This document shows, piece by piece, positions 37,847-47,375 of a stretch of 61,002 nucleotides of DNA. The stretch is from IMG/VR virus record IMGVR_UViG_3300010396_000049, positions 1-61,002 of that record, one strand, 5' to 3'. Source of the DNA: a virus. Its lineage: Duplodnaviria > Caudoviricetes. Within the stretch, counting starts at the first letter, position 1; every line of letters starts with the position of its first letter. The notes beneath the pieces were generated by a model, which saw nothing but the letters and a program-made list of their open reading frames with translations, was not told the origin of the DNA and did not search any database. Position numbers and translations under genes: made by a program.

Positions 37847-38142
37847 GGCTCAACCGCTCCCAGTCTAATTATATAAATCAAAAACGTTATATATGCCTCC
37901 TAAAACGTCTCAGGCGTGCCACCCAAACCGATAGTGCGGTGCGATTTTCAATTGACAATTTTAAAAAAATTGAGTAACAAAAAGACAAGTGATTGAGAAT
38001 CAAAAAAATGTGGATAAATAAACTGGAAAATGGTAAAAATAGTGCTCTAAAAATTTGCCTAATTCGCTGATTTATAGTAAATTAGAGTATTCATTTAAAC
38101 ATAAAACAGGAGCGCCACCTGTATAAAATCGGGCTAAAGTTT

Positions 38143-38553
38143 ATGAATACAGTAAAAAACGTTGCCGAAAAAATCGCAACAAAACCCGCTCAATCAAACG
38201 GCCAAGAAACAAAACCCACAAACGCAGCCGTAAAAATTCCCACTATTGAACCCGAAAAAAGGGAAAGTGTTACCACAAAAAAATCACTTCCCACGCTCGA
38301 AGAAAAATTGAATGTGCTCGGCGAATTAAATTCCTTAGTTCAAAAAAGAGACCTTGTCCGCGAAGCATTAAAAGACGTTTCAAAATTTTACATTTCGCCG
38401 TCCGGAAACTGCCAAGTAAAAATGACCGATTCAAACGGCAAATCTTTTACAATCTCTCACCCCGCAGTTATCGAAGAAATTTTGAGCCATGTTACTTTCA
38501 AACTTGAGGAAGAACTTGACAAAGTAGAAACTCAATTTGAATGGTTATTTTAA
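38143..38553 (+). CDS. Hypothetical protein
   Basis: ORF after conserved leader motif. Confidence 0.7.
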   Translation: MNTVKNVAEKIATKPAQSNGQETKPTNAAVKIPTIEPEKRESVTTKKSLPTLEEKLNVLGELNSLVQKRDLVREALKDVSKFYISPSGNCQVKMTDSNGKSFTISHPAVIEEILSHVTFKLEEELDKVETQFEWLF

Positions 38554-38634
38554 AAAACCTGCCACAGGCGGCGCAGCCTTGCGCCGCTTATTTTTTTTTC
38601 TAACAACTTTTTTTAATTACAAAATTTTTTCATC

Positions 38635-39651
38635 ATGTCACACAATATAAATTTCAACAGCAACACCAACCGTCACAGTTTTTTTTCAGTAAAAGAAAAA
38701 GCCTGGCACGGACTGGGGCAGATAGTACAAGATTACCCAACCAGCGAAGAAGCTATAAAATTTGCTGGCTTGGATTATGAAGTGGTAAAAAAACCGCTTT
38801 ATGTTAATCCTCAATTGGAACTGATACCAATCAAAACCCATTCCGCCACCGTTCGCACAGATACCGCCCAAATTTTGGGAGTAGTCGGCAGCAAATACGA
38901 AATTGTTCAAAACAAAACCGCCTTTACTTTTTTTGATTCTCTTGTGCAGGATGGCAGCGGTATTAAATACGAAACCGCTGGCGCACTCGGCAACGGCGAA
39001 CGTATTTTTATTACTGCAAAATTGCCTGATGTTATCCGCATTGGGAGAAACGACGATATAGAACAATTCATTTTCCTTACAACTTCCCACGATGGCAGCG
39101 GCTCAATTATGGCAGCTTTTACGCCCGTGCGCATTGTGTGCAATAACACACTAAATGCCGCCCTGCGCAATCATTCAAACGCCGTTTACATCAAACACAC
39201 AGCCAATGCAGAAGATAAGCTAAGAGAGGCCGCGCGCATCATTTCTATTTCTCATAATACCGCCGAAATGTTGGAAACCATTTTTAATAAATGGGCAAAA
39301 ATCCGTGTGAACGATTCCGAAACAAAAAAGCTGATTCAATTAGCCATGGCGCCAAATACAGAAGTTTTTAAGGCCATTGCAGAAGGTAACAGCAGCTTTG
39401 AATTTTCACGCCAGTTTGAGGATGTTTGCGGGCAGGTATTTGATTACGCCTTTGCAGCAGAAACACAGCAAATGCAAACCACCGCCGGCACCATTTACGG
39501 CGCATACAATGCCGTAACCGGTTTTTATCAAAATGTGAACGATTATAAAAGCGATGGCCACCGCCTTAAATCAATCATGTTTGGCACTGCCTTAGACAGA
39601 ACAAAAAAGGCTTTTGAAATCTGCAGCAAAGCCAGCGATTTTCTAAACTAA
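38635..39651 (+). CDS. DUF932/DUF945 (TIGR03299 phage/plasmid-like) protein
   Basis: EKAWHGLG, YETAGAL, SHDGSGS, TPVRIVCNNTL, IKHT. Confidence 0.9.
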   Translation: MSHNINFNSNTNRHSFFSVKEKAWHGLGQIVQDYPTSEEAIKFAGLDYEVVKKPLYVNPQLELIPIKTHSATVRTDTAQILGVVGSKYEIVQNKTAFTFFDSLVQDGSGIKYETAGALGNGERIFITAKLPDVIRIGRNDDIEQFIFLTTSHDGSGSIMAAFTPVRIVCNNTLNAALRNHSNAVYIKHTANAEDKLREAARIISISHNTAEMLETIFNKWAKIRVNDSETKKLIQLAMAPNTEVFKAIAEGNSSFEFSRQFEDVCGQVFDYAFAAETQQMQTTAGTIYGAYNAVTGFYQNVNDYKSDGHRLKSIMFGTALDRTKKAFEICSKASDFLN

Positions 39652-39665
39652 GAACGCAGTGCATA

Positions 39666-39699
39666 GGGCAAGCGCTTACAAACGCTTGCCCTTTTTTTT
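39666..39699 (+). terminator. Intrinsic terminator
   Basis: GGGCAAGCG...CGCTTGCCC followed by T8. Confidence 0.8.
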
Positions 39700-39830
39700 A
39701 AAATTCGCCGCTCGCGCGGCATAGTGGCAATCATTCGATTGTTCTTTTTGTTTGTGCCGTTGGCTCTCTTAATTGTGTTTACAGTAAACGGACAAATAAT
39801 CTCTATTTTTATTTTCAATTACTGTTCCAA

Positions 39831-40088
39831 ATGGCCTTTTCAATTACCATAATTTTTAATCGAAAGCGTTACACTTACAAAGTGCAGCGCATTGCGCTCA
39901 CTAACCGTGAAGAAAGCTATAAAATAATAGGAAAAAATAAATCCCTCATTTTTACCAATAACCGCCCTCTTTTAAAAGCTAAAAAATTAAAACACTGGAA
40001 ACCCGAATGGAAAATGGAAGGCGAACTTTGGAACGTACATTTTAAAAGCTTAATTATTGAAGCCCTTGACAAAGCCATATCTGAGTAA
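39831..40088 (+). CDS. Hypothetical protein
   Basis: Preceded by GTTTACAGTAAACGGAC motif. Confidence 0.6.
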   Translation: MAFSITIIFNRKRYTYKVQRIALTNREESYKIIGKNKSLIFTNNRPLLKAKKLKHWKPEWKMEGELWNVHFKSLIIEALDKAISE

Positions 40089-40139
40089 AATATCCCGCAT
40101 TTCTAATTCCTAATTTTTAATTTTTAATTAAAAAAAACC

Positions 40140-40175
40140 TGTCCTTTTCCTCCCGCCCCCCTCTCTCTAAATTCA
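40140..40175 (+). promoter_or_regulatory. Late-promoter motif upstream of portal operon
   Basis: TGTCCTTTT ... TAAATTCA at +28. Confidence 0.75.
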
Positions 40176-40179
40176 CACC

Positions 40180-40497
40180 ATGAATTTAAAAAGGGCAGTA
40201 GAAATCATTGATGGCGGCGCCAGGCTAAAGAGCATCCGCTTCATTACCGCCGATATAAATAAAGGCAAAGGCGGCGAAGTAATTGAATTGCTCAATTGCA
40301 GGCTATCGCGCAAAGCTGACGCTCAACAGTCAACCGTCAACCGCGAACCATCAACCGCGAACGGCCAACCGTCAACCATCAACCGCGCACCCAACCACCA
40401 CTACCATTTCACCCGCAACCTTCTCCTGCCTAATAATCAAATCAGGAAAGTACACCCGCTTCTCGTAACCCATTTAAACCAGGAGGAAGTAATATGA
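40180..40497 (+). CDS. Hypothetical protein with internal TCAACCG heptamer insertion
   Basis: Heptamers at ~40323-40385 translated in frame. Confidence 0.65.
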   Translation: MNLKRAVEIIDGGARLKSIRFITADINKGKGGEVIELLNCRLSRKADAQQSTVNREPSTANGQPSTINRAPNHHYHFTRNLLLPNNQIRKVHPLLVTHLNQEEVI

Positions 40498-41954
40498 GCG
40501 TAACCATGGACGGCCCGGTAGCCTACCTGTCGGATAGCAAAAGTGCGGTTTACTTCTCCCGCGTAAATGCCAAAGCCGGCACTTACCAGGGCAAGAAAGG
40601 CGCAAAAGGCACCGCGCTACCCATACAGCAGCTTCAAAACGAGCTCGGCGTAGCCTTTTGGGGCGAAGACAACCGCTTTCCCCAAAATATAGAACAGCAA
40701 ATGGCGTATTGCGGCGTGGGTAAAGCCGGGCTGGATTGGAAAGCAAGGATGCTCTATGGCAACGGAATTATTCCCGGAAAAATTACCGATATCAAAGAAG
40801 ACGGTAGCGAAGTATTTACGCCTCTTAAAAGGGATGGCGCCGGCAAAGCTATTTATGATATCATTGAGCAGCGCTCCATGTTTCGTTTCTGGATGGAATT
40901 TTTACAGGATTGGTCCTGGTTTGGAAATTGTTTCCCTGAAATTATTTTTTCTAAAGATTGCACCAATATCACCGGCTTTGTTCACCAGGAAAGCTGCGAC
41001 AGCCGTTTTCAACAGATGGCTGATGATGGAAGTTTTTCTAAGGTTTACTTATCTAAAATGTGGGGCGCCAGCTCTGACCAATATGCAAAGTTCGACCCAA
41101 AGAAAAGAGTGCTTGGCCTCATAGACAATCCCAAGCTGGTGGATATGATTGATAAAAAATTCCTGAAAACGCTTGATTGTATTGATATGTACGATGCGCT
41201 AAACAGCGCTAAAGATATTGCTGACAGATTAAAAGGAAGCAAAGGTTTAAAATCTGCCACCCTTCCTGTCAATTATCCGAGCGTCAACAAAACCTATTAC
41301 CAGGTACCCACGTGGGATGGCGCGCGCCTCGCCGGCTGGGTAGAGATTGCCTCTAAAATTCCATCCCTCATAAAAACACTTTTTGCCAAAGCCTTTTCCA
41401 TTCGCTACCATATTGAAATTCCTAAAACTTATTTCGAAGACAAATTCGGCGCGGAAGTATGGGAAGGAATGACAGAACCCCAAAAGACAAAAGCAAAAAA
41501 AGATTTGTTGCAGGAAATGGATAAATTTTTATCCGGCTCCGAAAATGCTTTCAGGTCCTTCGTCTCTTATTTCGACGTGGCCAGGATGGGAAAAGAAGAA
41601 TATGGCCGCGTTAAAATCACCAATATCCCGGACAATTCTAACCTGGATAAAGAAATGATCACCCAGTCCGCAGCCGATTCACAAATCCTCGTTGCCATGG
41701 GCGTTAACCCATCACTCAGCGGCGCCGGAAAAATTGGTACCGGCCAGCAACGCAGTGGCGGCAGTGATCTCGTAGAAAATTATTTGATTTACTGTGCAGG
41801 CTTGAATTTGGAACGGCAGGTATTCCTTGAGCCGCTCTATCTCATGCGCGATTTCAACAAATGGGATTCTGATATCATTTTTCGTGTACGCGACACCGTA
41901 GTAAATAATATTTCCGCCGGCGACAAACCCACCACTAAAAAAACTGTAAACTAA
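40494..41954 (+). CDS. Portal protein
   Basis: WGEDNRFP, FGNCF, YYQVPTW, AMGVNPSL..G; 486 aa. Confidence 0.75.
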   Translation: MSVTMDGPVAYLSDSKSAVYFSRVNAKAGTYQGKKGAKGTALPIQQLQNELGVAFWGEDNRFPQNIEQQMAYCGVGKAGLDWKARMLYGNGIIPGKITDIKEDGSEVFTPLKRDGAGKAIYDIIEQRSMFRFWMEFLQDWSWFGNCFPEIIFSKDCTNITGFVHQESCDSRFQQMADDGSFSKVYLSKMWGASSDQYAKFDPKKRVLGLIDNPKLVDMIDKKFLKTLDCIDMYDALNSAKDIADRLKGSKGLKSATLPVNYPSVNKTYYQVPTWDGARLAGWVEIASKIPSLIKTLFAKAFSIRYHIEIPKTYFEDKFGAEVWEGMTEPQKTKAKKDLLQEMDKFLSGSENAFRSFVSYFDVARMGKEEYGRVKITNIPDNSNLDKEMITQSAADSQILVAMGVNPSLSGAGKIGTGQQRSGGSDLVENYLIYCAGLNLERQVFLEPLYLMRDFNKWDSDIIFRVRDTVVNNISAGDKPTTKKTVN

Positions 41955-41998
41955 CTCAAAACTCATAACTCATAACTCATAACTCATAACTCAAAAAA

Positions 41999-43012
41999 GT
42001 GCTCTTCAAAAAAACCGATACCGTCCTTCAATATGCTGAGCTCGTTTCCGGCATCCAGTTCAACAGCATCCGTTCAACCATTAACCTGGTAGAGCAGCAA
42101 CATATTTTGCCTGTGTTGGGAAGCACGTTATTTAATTCACTCAACACGGCTTACACCGCCGCTGCAGATGAAACTTCCCTGACTGCTGATCTTCAAAACT
42201 TATTGGAAAAATGCCGTTGGGTTATCGGCCCCATGCTTTGTTATTATTACGCGCCAAAGAGTGAAGTAAAAATTGGTGAATCGGGGGCGCAGCGCGTAGA
42301 AAGTGAGACCAACAAGACCGCCTATCAAAACCAGGTAGTAAACTACCGCGAACAAAATCTTCGTGAAGGCGAGCTGGCCACAGAATTATTATTACAATTT
42401 TTAGATGAAAACCAATCTAAATATACCGCTTGGGTAGATAGCCCCGGTTTTCAGAAATACAAAGAGCTCTTTATAAAATCCGGAAGCGAATTCCAGGATT
42501 TATTTACCTCGGCCAGCCCTTACAGGAATTACCTGGCCATGCGTGGCAAAATGCTGGACGTAGAGCAAAACAACATACGGCCTTTGCTCGGCGACGATCT
42601 GTTCAATCACCTGAAAGAACTTGATCAATCAGAGGAAGAGTTTTCTGAGAATGAAGAAGCCATTCTCAAAAAAATAAAAAAGGTAATTGCCTACCTCACT
42701 GTCGCCAGCGCCATTCCATTTTTAAACGTGCGCATGGATGCCAACGGCATTACCGTCATGAACAATTCCACAGCGCAAAATGACCAGTTGGCAAAGCGCA
42801 GCGCCGCGCCGAATGCAATCCTTGATAGCGTGATAAGTGCCTGCAACGATGCTGCAAAAAGCTGGATAAATAATGTTACAACGTTCCTCGCCGCCAACCC
42901 GGAAGATTTCGCAGAATACCTGCCGGATCCTTTGGTAACAGGAACACAAACGCAACCCGAAATAACCGGCTCGCAACCCGAATGCCTCAACGGCTCTTTC
43001 GGTTTAATATGA
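41999..43012 (+). CDS. Head-tail adaptor-like (DUF6712-like) protein
   Basis: Follows portal; internal duplication (VEQQHILPVLG / VEQNNIRPLLG). Confidence 0.55.
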   Translation: MLFKKTDTVLQYAELVSGIQFNSIRSTINLVEQQHILPVLGSTLFNSLNTAYTAAADETSLTADLQNLLEKCRWVIGPMLCYYYAPKSEVKIGESGAQRVESETNKTAYQNQVVNYREQNLREGELATELLLQFLDENQSKYTAWVDSPGFQKYKELFIKSGSEFQDLFTSASPYRNYLAMRGKMLDVEQNNIRPLLGDDLFNHLKELDQSEEEFSENEEAILKKIKKVIAYLTVASAIPFLNVRMDANGITVMNNSTAQNDQLAKRSAAPNAILDSVISACNDAAKSWINNVTTFLAANPEDFAEYLPDPLVTGTQTQPEITGSQPECLNGSFGLI

Positions 43013-43131
43013 ACTCATAACCTATAACTCCTAACTCACAACTCATCACTCATAACTCATACCTCATAACTCACAACTCATAACTCCTAACTCATAACTC
43101 ATAACTCACAACTCATAACTCATAACTCAGA

Positions 43132-45309
43132 ATGGCATTCGATCAAATAACAGGAACCAAAGCAACAGAACTCGATCCGTTCGTCGGCACCATACCCGAT
43201 GCGCAGCTCATTATTGTTCCAGATCCTGTTACCGGTGAATTATTTCGTACCACTTTCGGCCAGATAAAATCAGATATCATTGCCGCCTTCGGCCCCATTT
43301 CCTATTTGGATCCTATCGTAGAAGTTGACACCGTCGCCGATCTTCCGTCTCCGGGCGCACCGCGAACACTTTATGTCGTAACTATAGGTGTTCCGGAAAA
43401 TGATTATGCCGATGCCAATACACAATGGCGCTGGGCAGGAAGCATGTATATCGAATTTCCTCATGGAGGCACGGGCGATGTTTCAGGCGAAGCCATCATT
43501 CGGGGAAATGCTGATGCAGCCCTTCAGGCGAATATCAATGCAGAAGCTGCCGCCCGCGCCGCAGCCGCTACCGGGCTTCAAAATAATATTAATGCTGAAG
43601 CAACGGCGCGCGCCAATGCAGATAGTACTTTAACGAATAGCATTAATTCAGAAGCGAATACCCGCTCAAATAATGATGCCAGCCTTCTCGGCCTTATCAA
43701 TGGCGAAGGCGTTATTCGTGCCAATGCAGATAATGCCCTCCAGGCGAATATTGATGGAAAAGTGGATAAGGTAACCGGCATGGGCCTTTCATCCAATGAT
43801 TTTACTACCGATGAAAAAACAAAGCTCGCCGGCCTGGAAAGTTCCCGTTTTAAAGGAACTTTTGTAAATAAGGCCGCCTTAGACGCCGCCAACTTAGGCG
43901 GCGAAGGAAACTATGCTGATGTAGATGCAGGAGTTGGCGCCGACGTAGCCCGTTATATTTGGGACAATGACGATGATAAATGGGTATTGCAGCAAGGCGC
44001 CACCACATCCGAAACTGCCGCCTCCATTAAAACGAAATACGAAAGCAACCCTGATACGAATGCTTATACCGATGCCGAAAAAGCAAAGCTTTTAGGCATT
44101 GCCGCAGGTGCACAGGTAAACGATGCAGCCACAACCCTTCAGGGTAACTCCTTCAATGGCAATGCCCAATTGGTAAAAACTGATGCTGGTGGAAAGCTTC
44201 CCGCCATTGATGGCAGCCAACTTACTAATTTACCAGCCGGAGCAGTCAAAGCCACGGCCACCGAATTAAACACCGGTACAGATGATGCAAAATTTGCAAC
44301 AGCTTTAGGGCTTGAAAATTCAAAATACTTAAACCAATCCGGCAGCAAGATTTCTGCCACAGCAACCGGCACTGATACTTATGCAGCTACGATATCGCCA
44401 GCGATTACTGCCTATTCCAATACACAAAGATTTTTTATAAAGTTCACCAACGCGAATACCGGCGCCGCTACGCTTAACCTGAATTCACTGGGTGCAATTC
44501 CCTTAAAGAAAAACGTTTCCACAGCTCTTTCTGCCGGTGATATCGCCGCCGGGCAAATAGTTTGCGTGGCTTATGATGGCACCAATTTTCAAATCATTGG
44601 TGCGCCGGGAAGTTCTTCCGGTGGCGCTGGCGGCTCATCTGTTGGCGTTGCCTCCGGGACAAATACTTATGTTGTCGCCTGTACGCCACCAGTAACAGCA
44701 TTAACGGTAAATCTTTGTATCAGGGTTAAGTTTACTAATGGAAACACCGGTGCCTGTACCATTAATGTAGATGGCCTGGGAGCAATTGCAATTAATAAAG
44801 GCCCATCCACCGCATTAACTGCCGGAATCATTACCTCCGGGCAAATATTCGAACTATATTATGACGGCACGGTTTGGCAGTTAGGAAATACTCAGGCGAT
44901 TCCTTCAACTCCTAATAAGGTAATTACAACCGATGGCAGCGGAAACTTACAAGGAGTTAATGATTTAATTGATGTAAACAGCACAACAACTGAGGCTACA
45001 TTAATTGCCGCTACATGGAGTGCAGGCGTTGCCACAGCCACGGGCACACCAGGCACTTATGTTTTAGGGACAACAAGTAACTATTTCTATTTCTGCACTG
45101 GCACTAATACATGGATTCGAATTCCCGCCTATCTCGATTACTTGGATATATATCTCGGTTCTGTATCTGATAGCGGCGGCACAAAAACAAGCACTCAAAT
45201 GGCTGCATTATACCCTTCGGCAGTAAGAGGGCAATATGCGGTAGGCACCGCGGGAATGTATATGTACATGGGTTTAGTTGGCTGGTATTATTTCGCAAAC
45301 ACAATTTAA
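43132..45309 (+). CDS. Tail fibre / spike-like protein
   Basis: EA..RA.AD coiled-coil repeats, GLSSNDFTTDEKTKL, duplicated FTNANTGA.T.N module. Confidence 0.75.
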   Translation: MAFDQITGTKATELDPFVGTIPDAQLIIVPDPVTGELFRTTFGQIKSDIIAAFGPISYLDPIVEVDTVADLPSPGAPRTLYVVTIGVPENDYADANTQWRWAGSMYIEFPHGGTGDVSGEAIIRGNADAALQANINAEAAARAAAATGLQNNINAEATARANADSTLTNSINSEANTRSNNDASLLGLINGEGVIRANADNALQANIDGKVDKVTGMGLSSNDFTTDEKTKLAGLESSRFKGTFVNKAALDAANLGGEGNYADVDAGVGADVARYIWDNDDDKWVLQQGATTSETAASIKTKYESNPDTNAYTDAEKAKLLGIAAGAQVNDAATTLQGNSFNGNAQLVKTDAGGKLPAIDGSQLTNLPAGAVKATATELNTGTDDAKFATALGLENSKYLNQSGSKISATATGTDTYAATISPAITAYSNTQRFFIKFTNANTGAATLNLNSLGAIPLKKNVSTALSAGDIAAGQIVCVAYDGTNFQIIGAPGSSSGGAGGSSVGVASGTNTYVVACTPPVTALTVNLCIRVKFTNGNTGACTINVDGLGAIAINKGPSTALTAGIITSGQIFELYYDGTVWQLGNTQAIPSTPNKVITTDGSGNLQGVNDLIDVNSTTTEATLIAATWSAGVATATGTPGTYVLGTTSNYFYFCTGTNTWIRIPAYLDYLDIYLGSVSDSGGTKTSTQMAALYPSAVRGQYAVGTAGMYMYMGLVGWYYFANTI

Positions 45310-45312
45310 GAA

Positions 45313-46248
45313 ATGAATATAATTAAGACAGGAAGCAAGGTTTTAACGGTCGGCAACCATTTTATGCAGTTTGGGCGCACGCTTGCGTTTTTGAATGCAC
45401 AAAGTCCTATCACGACTGCGCAAGGGGGCTTTAGCTCCCCATTGTCCATTGCCATTGATTCGGCAAACGGTAGAATATTCGTAAGCAATAGCAACACAAT
45501 TTCTATTTTAGATTATACCAACCCAGCAGCAGGAAGCCCAACGGTAATTACACAATCAATGGGCTCGTTCAGCACAATTAGGGGCATAGCCATAGATGCA
45601 GCCAATAACAGAATATTTGTTTGTAACCAAGGAAACAACACCGTTTCAATTTTAAATTATACCAACCCAACGGCAGGAAGCCCAACGGTAATTAGTACAT
45701 CGCAGGGTAGCTTTAGCGCGCCTTACGGCATAGCCATAGATGCAGCCAATAACAGAATATTTGTTTGTAACCAAGGAAACAACACCGTTTCAATTTTAAA
45801 TTATACCAACCCAACAGCAGGAAGCCCAACGGTAGTTAGTACATCACAGGGTAGCTTTAATCAAATTGGGAGCATAGCCATAGATGCGGCCAATAACAGA
45901 ATTTTTGTTTGTAACCAAGGAAACAACACCGTTTCAATTTTAAATTATACCAACCCAACGGCAGGAAGCCCAACGGTAATTAGTACATCGCAGGGTAGCT
46001 TTAGTATATGTTCGTTTATCGCCATAGATGCAGCCAATAACAGAATATTTGTTTCTAACTACGGAAACAACACCGTTTCAATTTTAAATTATACCAACCC
46101 AACGGCAGGAAGCCCAACGGTAATTAGTACATCGCAGGGTAGCTTTAGCGGGCCTTTTGGCATCGCCTTAGACGCAGCCAATAGCAGAATATTTGTTTCT
46201 AATTACGGCAGCAACACCGTTTCAATCATCACAAACATTTTCACATAA
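45313..46248 (+). CDS. NHL/YVTN-type beta-propeller protein with 48-aa repeats (possible receptor-binding protein)
   Basis: Six IAIDAANNRIFV.N.GNNTVSIL units; 144-bp DNA period (45589, 45733, 45877, 46021). Confidence 0.8.
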   Translation: MNIIKTGSKVLTVGNHFMQFGRTLAFLNAQSPITTAQGGFSSPLSIAIDSANGRIFVSNSNTISILDYTNPAAGSPTVITQSMGSFSTIRGIAIDAANNRIFVCNQGNNTVSILNYTNPTAGSPTVISTSQGSFSAPYGIAIDAANNRIFVCNQGNNTVSILNYTNPTAGSPTVVSTSQGSFNQIGSIAIDAANNRIFVCNQGNNTVSILNYTNPTAGSPTVISTSQGSFSICSFIAIDAANNRIFVSNYGNNTVSILNYTNPTAGSPTVISTSQGSFSGPFGIALDAANSRIFVSNYGSNTVSIITNIFT

Positions 46249-46646
46249 TGACACTACAATTCTCCAACACACACATATTTTTTGCCCTCGAAGCCATCTG
46301 GGCGAACCTGGATTATAAATTTAAAAATGTAATTAACCAGCTTATAACGGCAAATAATGACGATAACTTTATGCAGTCACTCGAGATTTCGGAGGATATT
46401 TTAATACAAATATTCTCAACCGTTACCGTACTACCTGAAGGCGTGGCGGCTTCGATGAATGCCGAAATGCTCGCCGCTTTATCGCCACAAATAGCCGAAT
46501 TAAGCAATATCGCCGATGTACAGGCAGGCACCGCCGAGCCAAACGAATCCGCGAGGATTCAAATTGCGATAAATGATATTGATGTGGCAAACAAAGCAGT
46601 AAAAGCTGCAAAGATTTTAAACGGTAAAAATAAAATATTGGCATAA
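46248..46646 (+). CDS. Hypothetical protein
   Basis: TAATG-coupled ORF. Confidence 0.65.
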   Translation: MTLQFSNTHIFFALEAIWANLDYKFKNVINQLITANNDDNFMQSLEISEDILIQIFSTVTVLPEGVAASMNAEMLAALSPQIAELSNIADVQAGTAEPNESARIQIAINDIDVANKAVKAAKILNGKNKILA

Positions 46647-46716
46647 CTCACAACTCCTAACTCATAACTCACAACTCCTCACTCATCACTCCTCACTCCT
46701 AACTCATAACTCAAAA

Positions 46717-47115
46717 ATGAACCTCCTCCTCTATCTTATCTCATTCCTCCTCCGAACCCTCTTCGTCACAATAGGCATCATCTACGATATCTGTAAGATC
46801 TTCCGCTATTCCCATTTCGACAGGTCTTTCAAATACATCAATCAAAAATACAGGCGCCTCGCCATCCTGGTTGACCAGTTCGGCAACGCCGCCTGCCCGG
46901 AATTCTGGAACGATATCTTAATAAAAAAAGAAAGCGCCCACCCCTTTGGTATCTTAAATCAAACCATCAGCGCCGTCCTGGGATTAAATTACCAGGCCGG
47001 CACACTTACCAAAACAGGCCTATGGCTCAATAACGCCCTGAACTTCTTCTGGAAAGGCCATACCATCAAGGCTGCGGAGGAAATTAATGCCATTTCAATA
47101 TGTAACACCGGGTAG
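46717..47115 (+). CDS. Hypothetical membrane-associated protein
   Basis: Hydrophobic N-terminus, DQFGN...TISAVLG. Confidence 0.65.
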   Translation: MNLLLYLISFLLRTLFVTIGIIYDICKIFRYSHFDRSFKYINQKYRRLAILVDQFGNAACPEFWNDILIKKESAHPFGILNQTISAVLGLNYQAGTLTKTGLWLNNALNFFWKGHTIKAAEEINAISICNTG

Positions 47116-47235
47116 CAGGTATGAAATAAATTGTATAAAAAATGTAAAATAAAGTAGCAAAAATGCTACTTCATTATTAGTATGTATTACATTTGTCTTA
47201 CGATTATCTTATAAATAGTATGCTAATTATAAGAT

Positions 47236-47262
47236 AAAAAACCCCATCTGTCACGGATGGGG
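47236..47262 (-). terminator. Intrinsic terminator downstream of the tRNA-like RNA
   Basis: CCCCATCCG-TGA-CAGATGGGG followed by T6 on minus strand. Confidence 0.7.
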
Positions 47263-47305
47263 CGAAATTTAAGGGTATGGAGCCCTTGTTTTTACTTGAA
47301 TAAAA

Positions 47306-47375
47306 TGGACCCTGCCGGAATCGAACCAGCCTCACACGCTTGACTAGGGCAGAGAGGTCAACCAGATCAGGGCCC
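47306..47375 (-). ncRNA. 70-nt tRNA-like RNA resembling the tmRNA tRNA-like domain (no tag ORF)
   Basis: Acceptor GGGCCCU/AGGGUCC+A with G3:U70; stemless D region GAUCUGGUUGAC; T arm GCUGG-UUCGAUU-CCGGC. Confidence 0.7.

Noticed and set aside
37355-37881. Short ORFs 37355-37609, 37395-37598 and 37678-37881 as genes
   Set aside because: Overlap repeats, atypical composition, no A-rich leaders; region reads as non-coding.
45313-46248. Diversity-generating retroelement TR/VR pair
   Set aside because: No reverse transcriptase ORF seen; differences between repeats are not adenine-specific and all copies are in frame within one gene.
47306-47375. Amber suppressor tRNA (CTA in loop) or stop-codon recoding
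   Set aside because: No canonical anticodon arm or D stem; long genes are intact in the standard code and several end in TAG.
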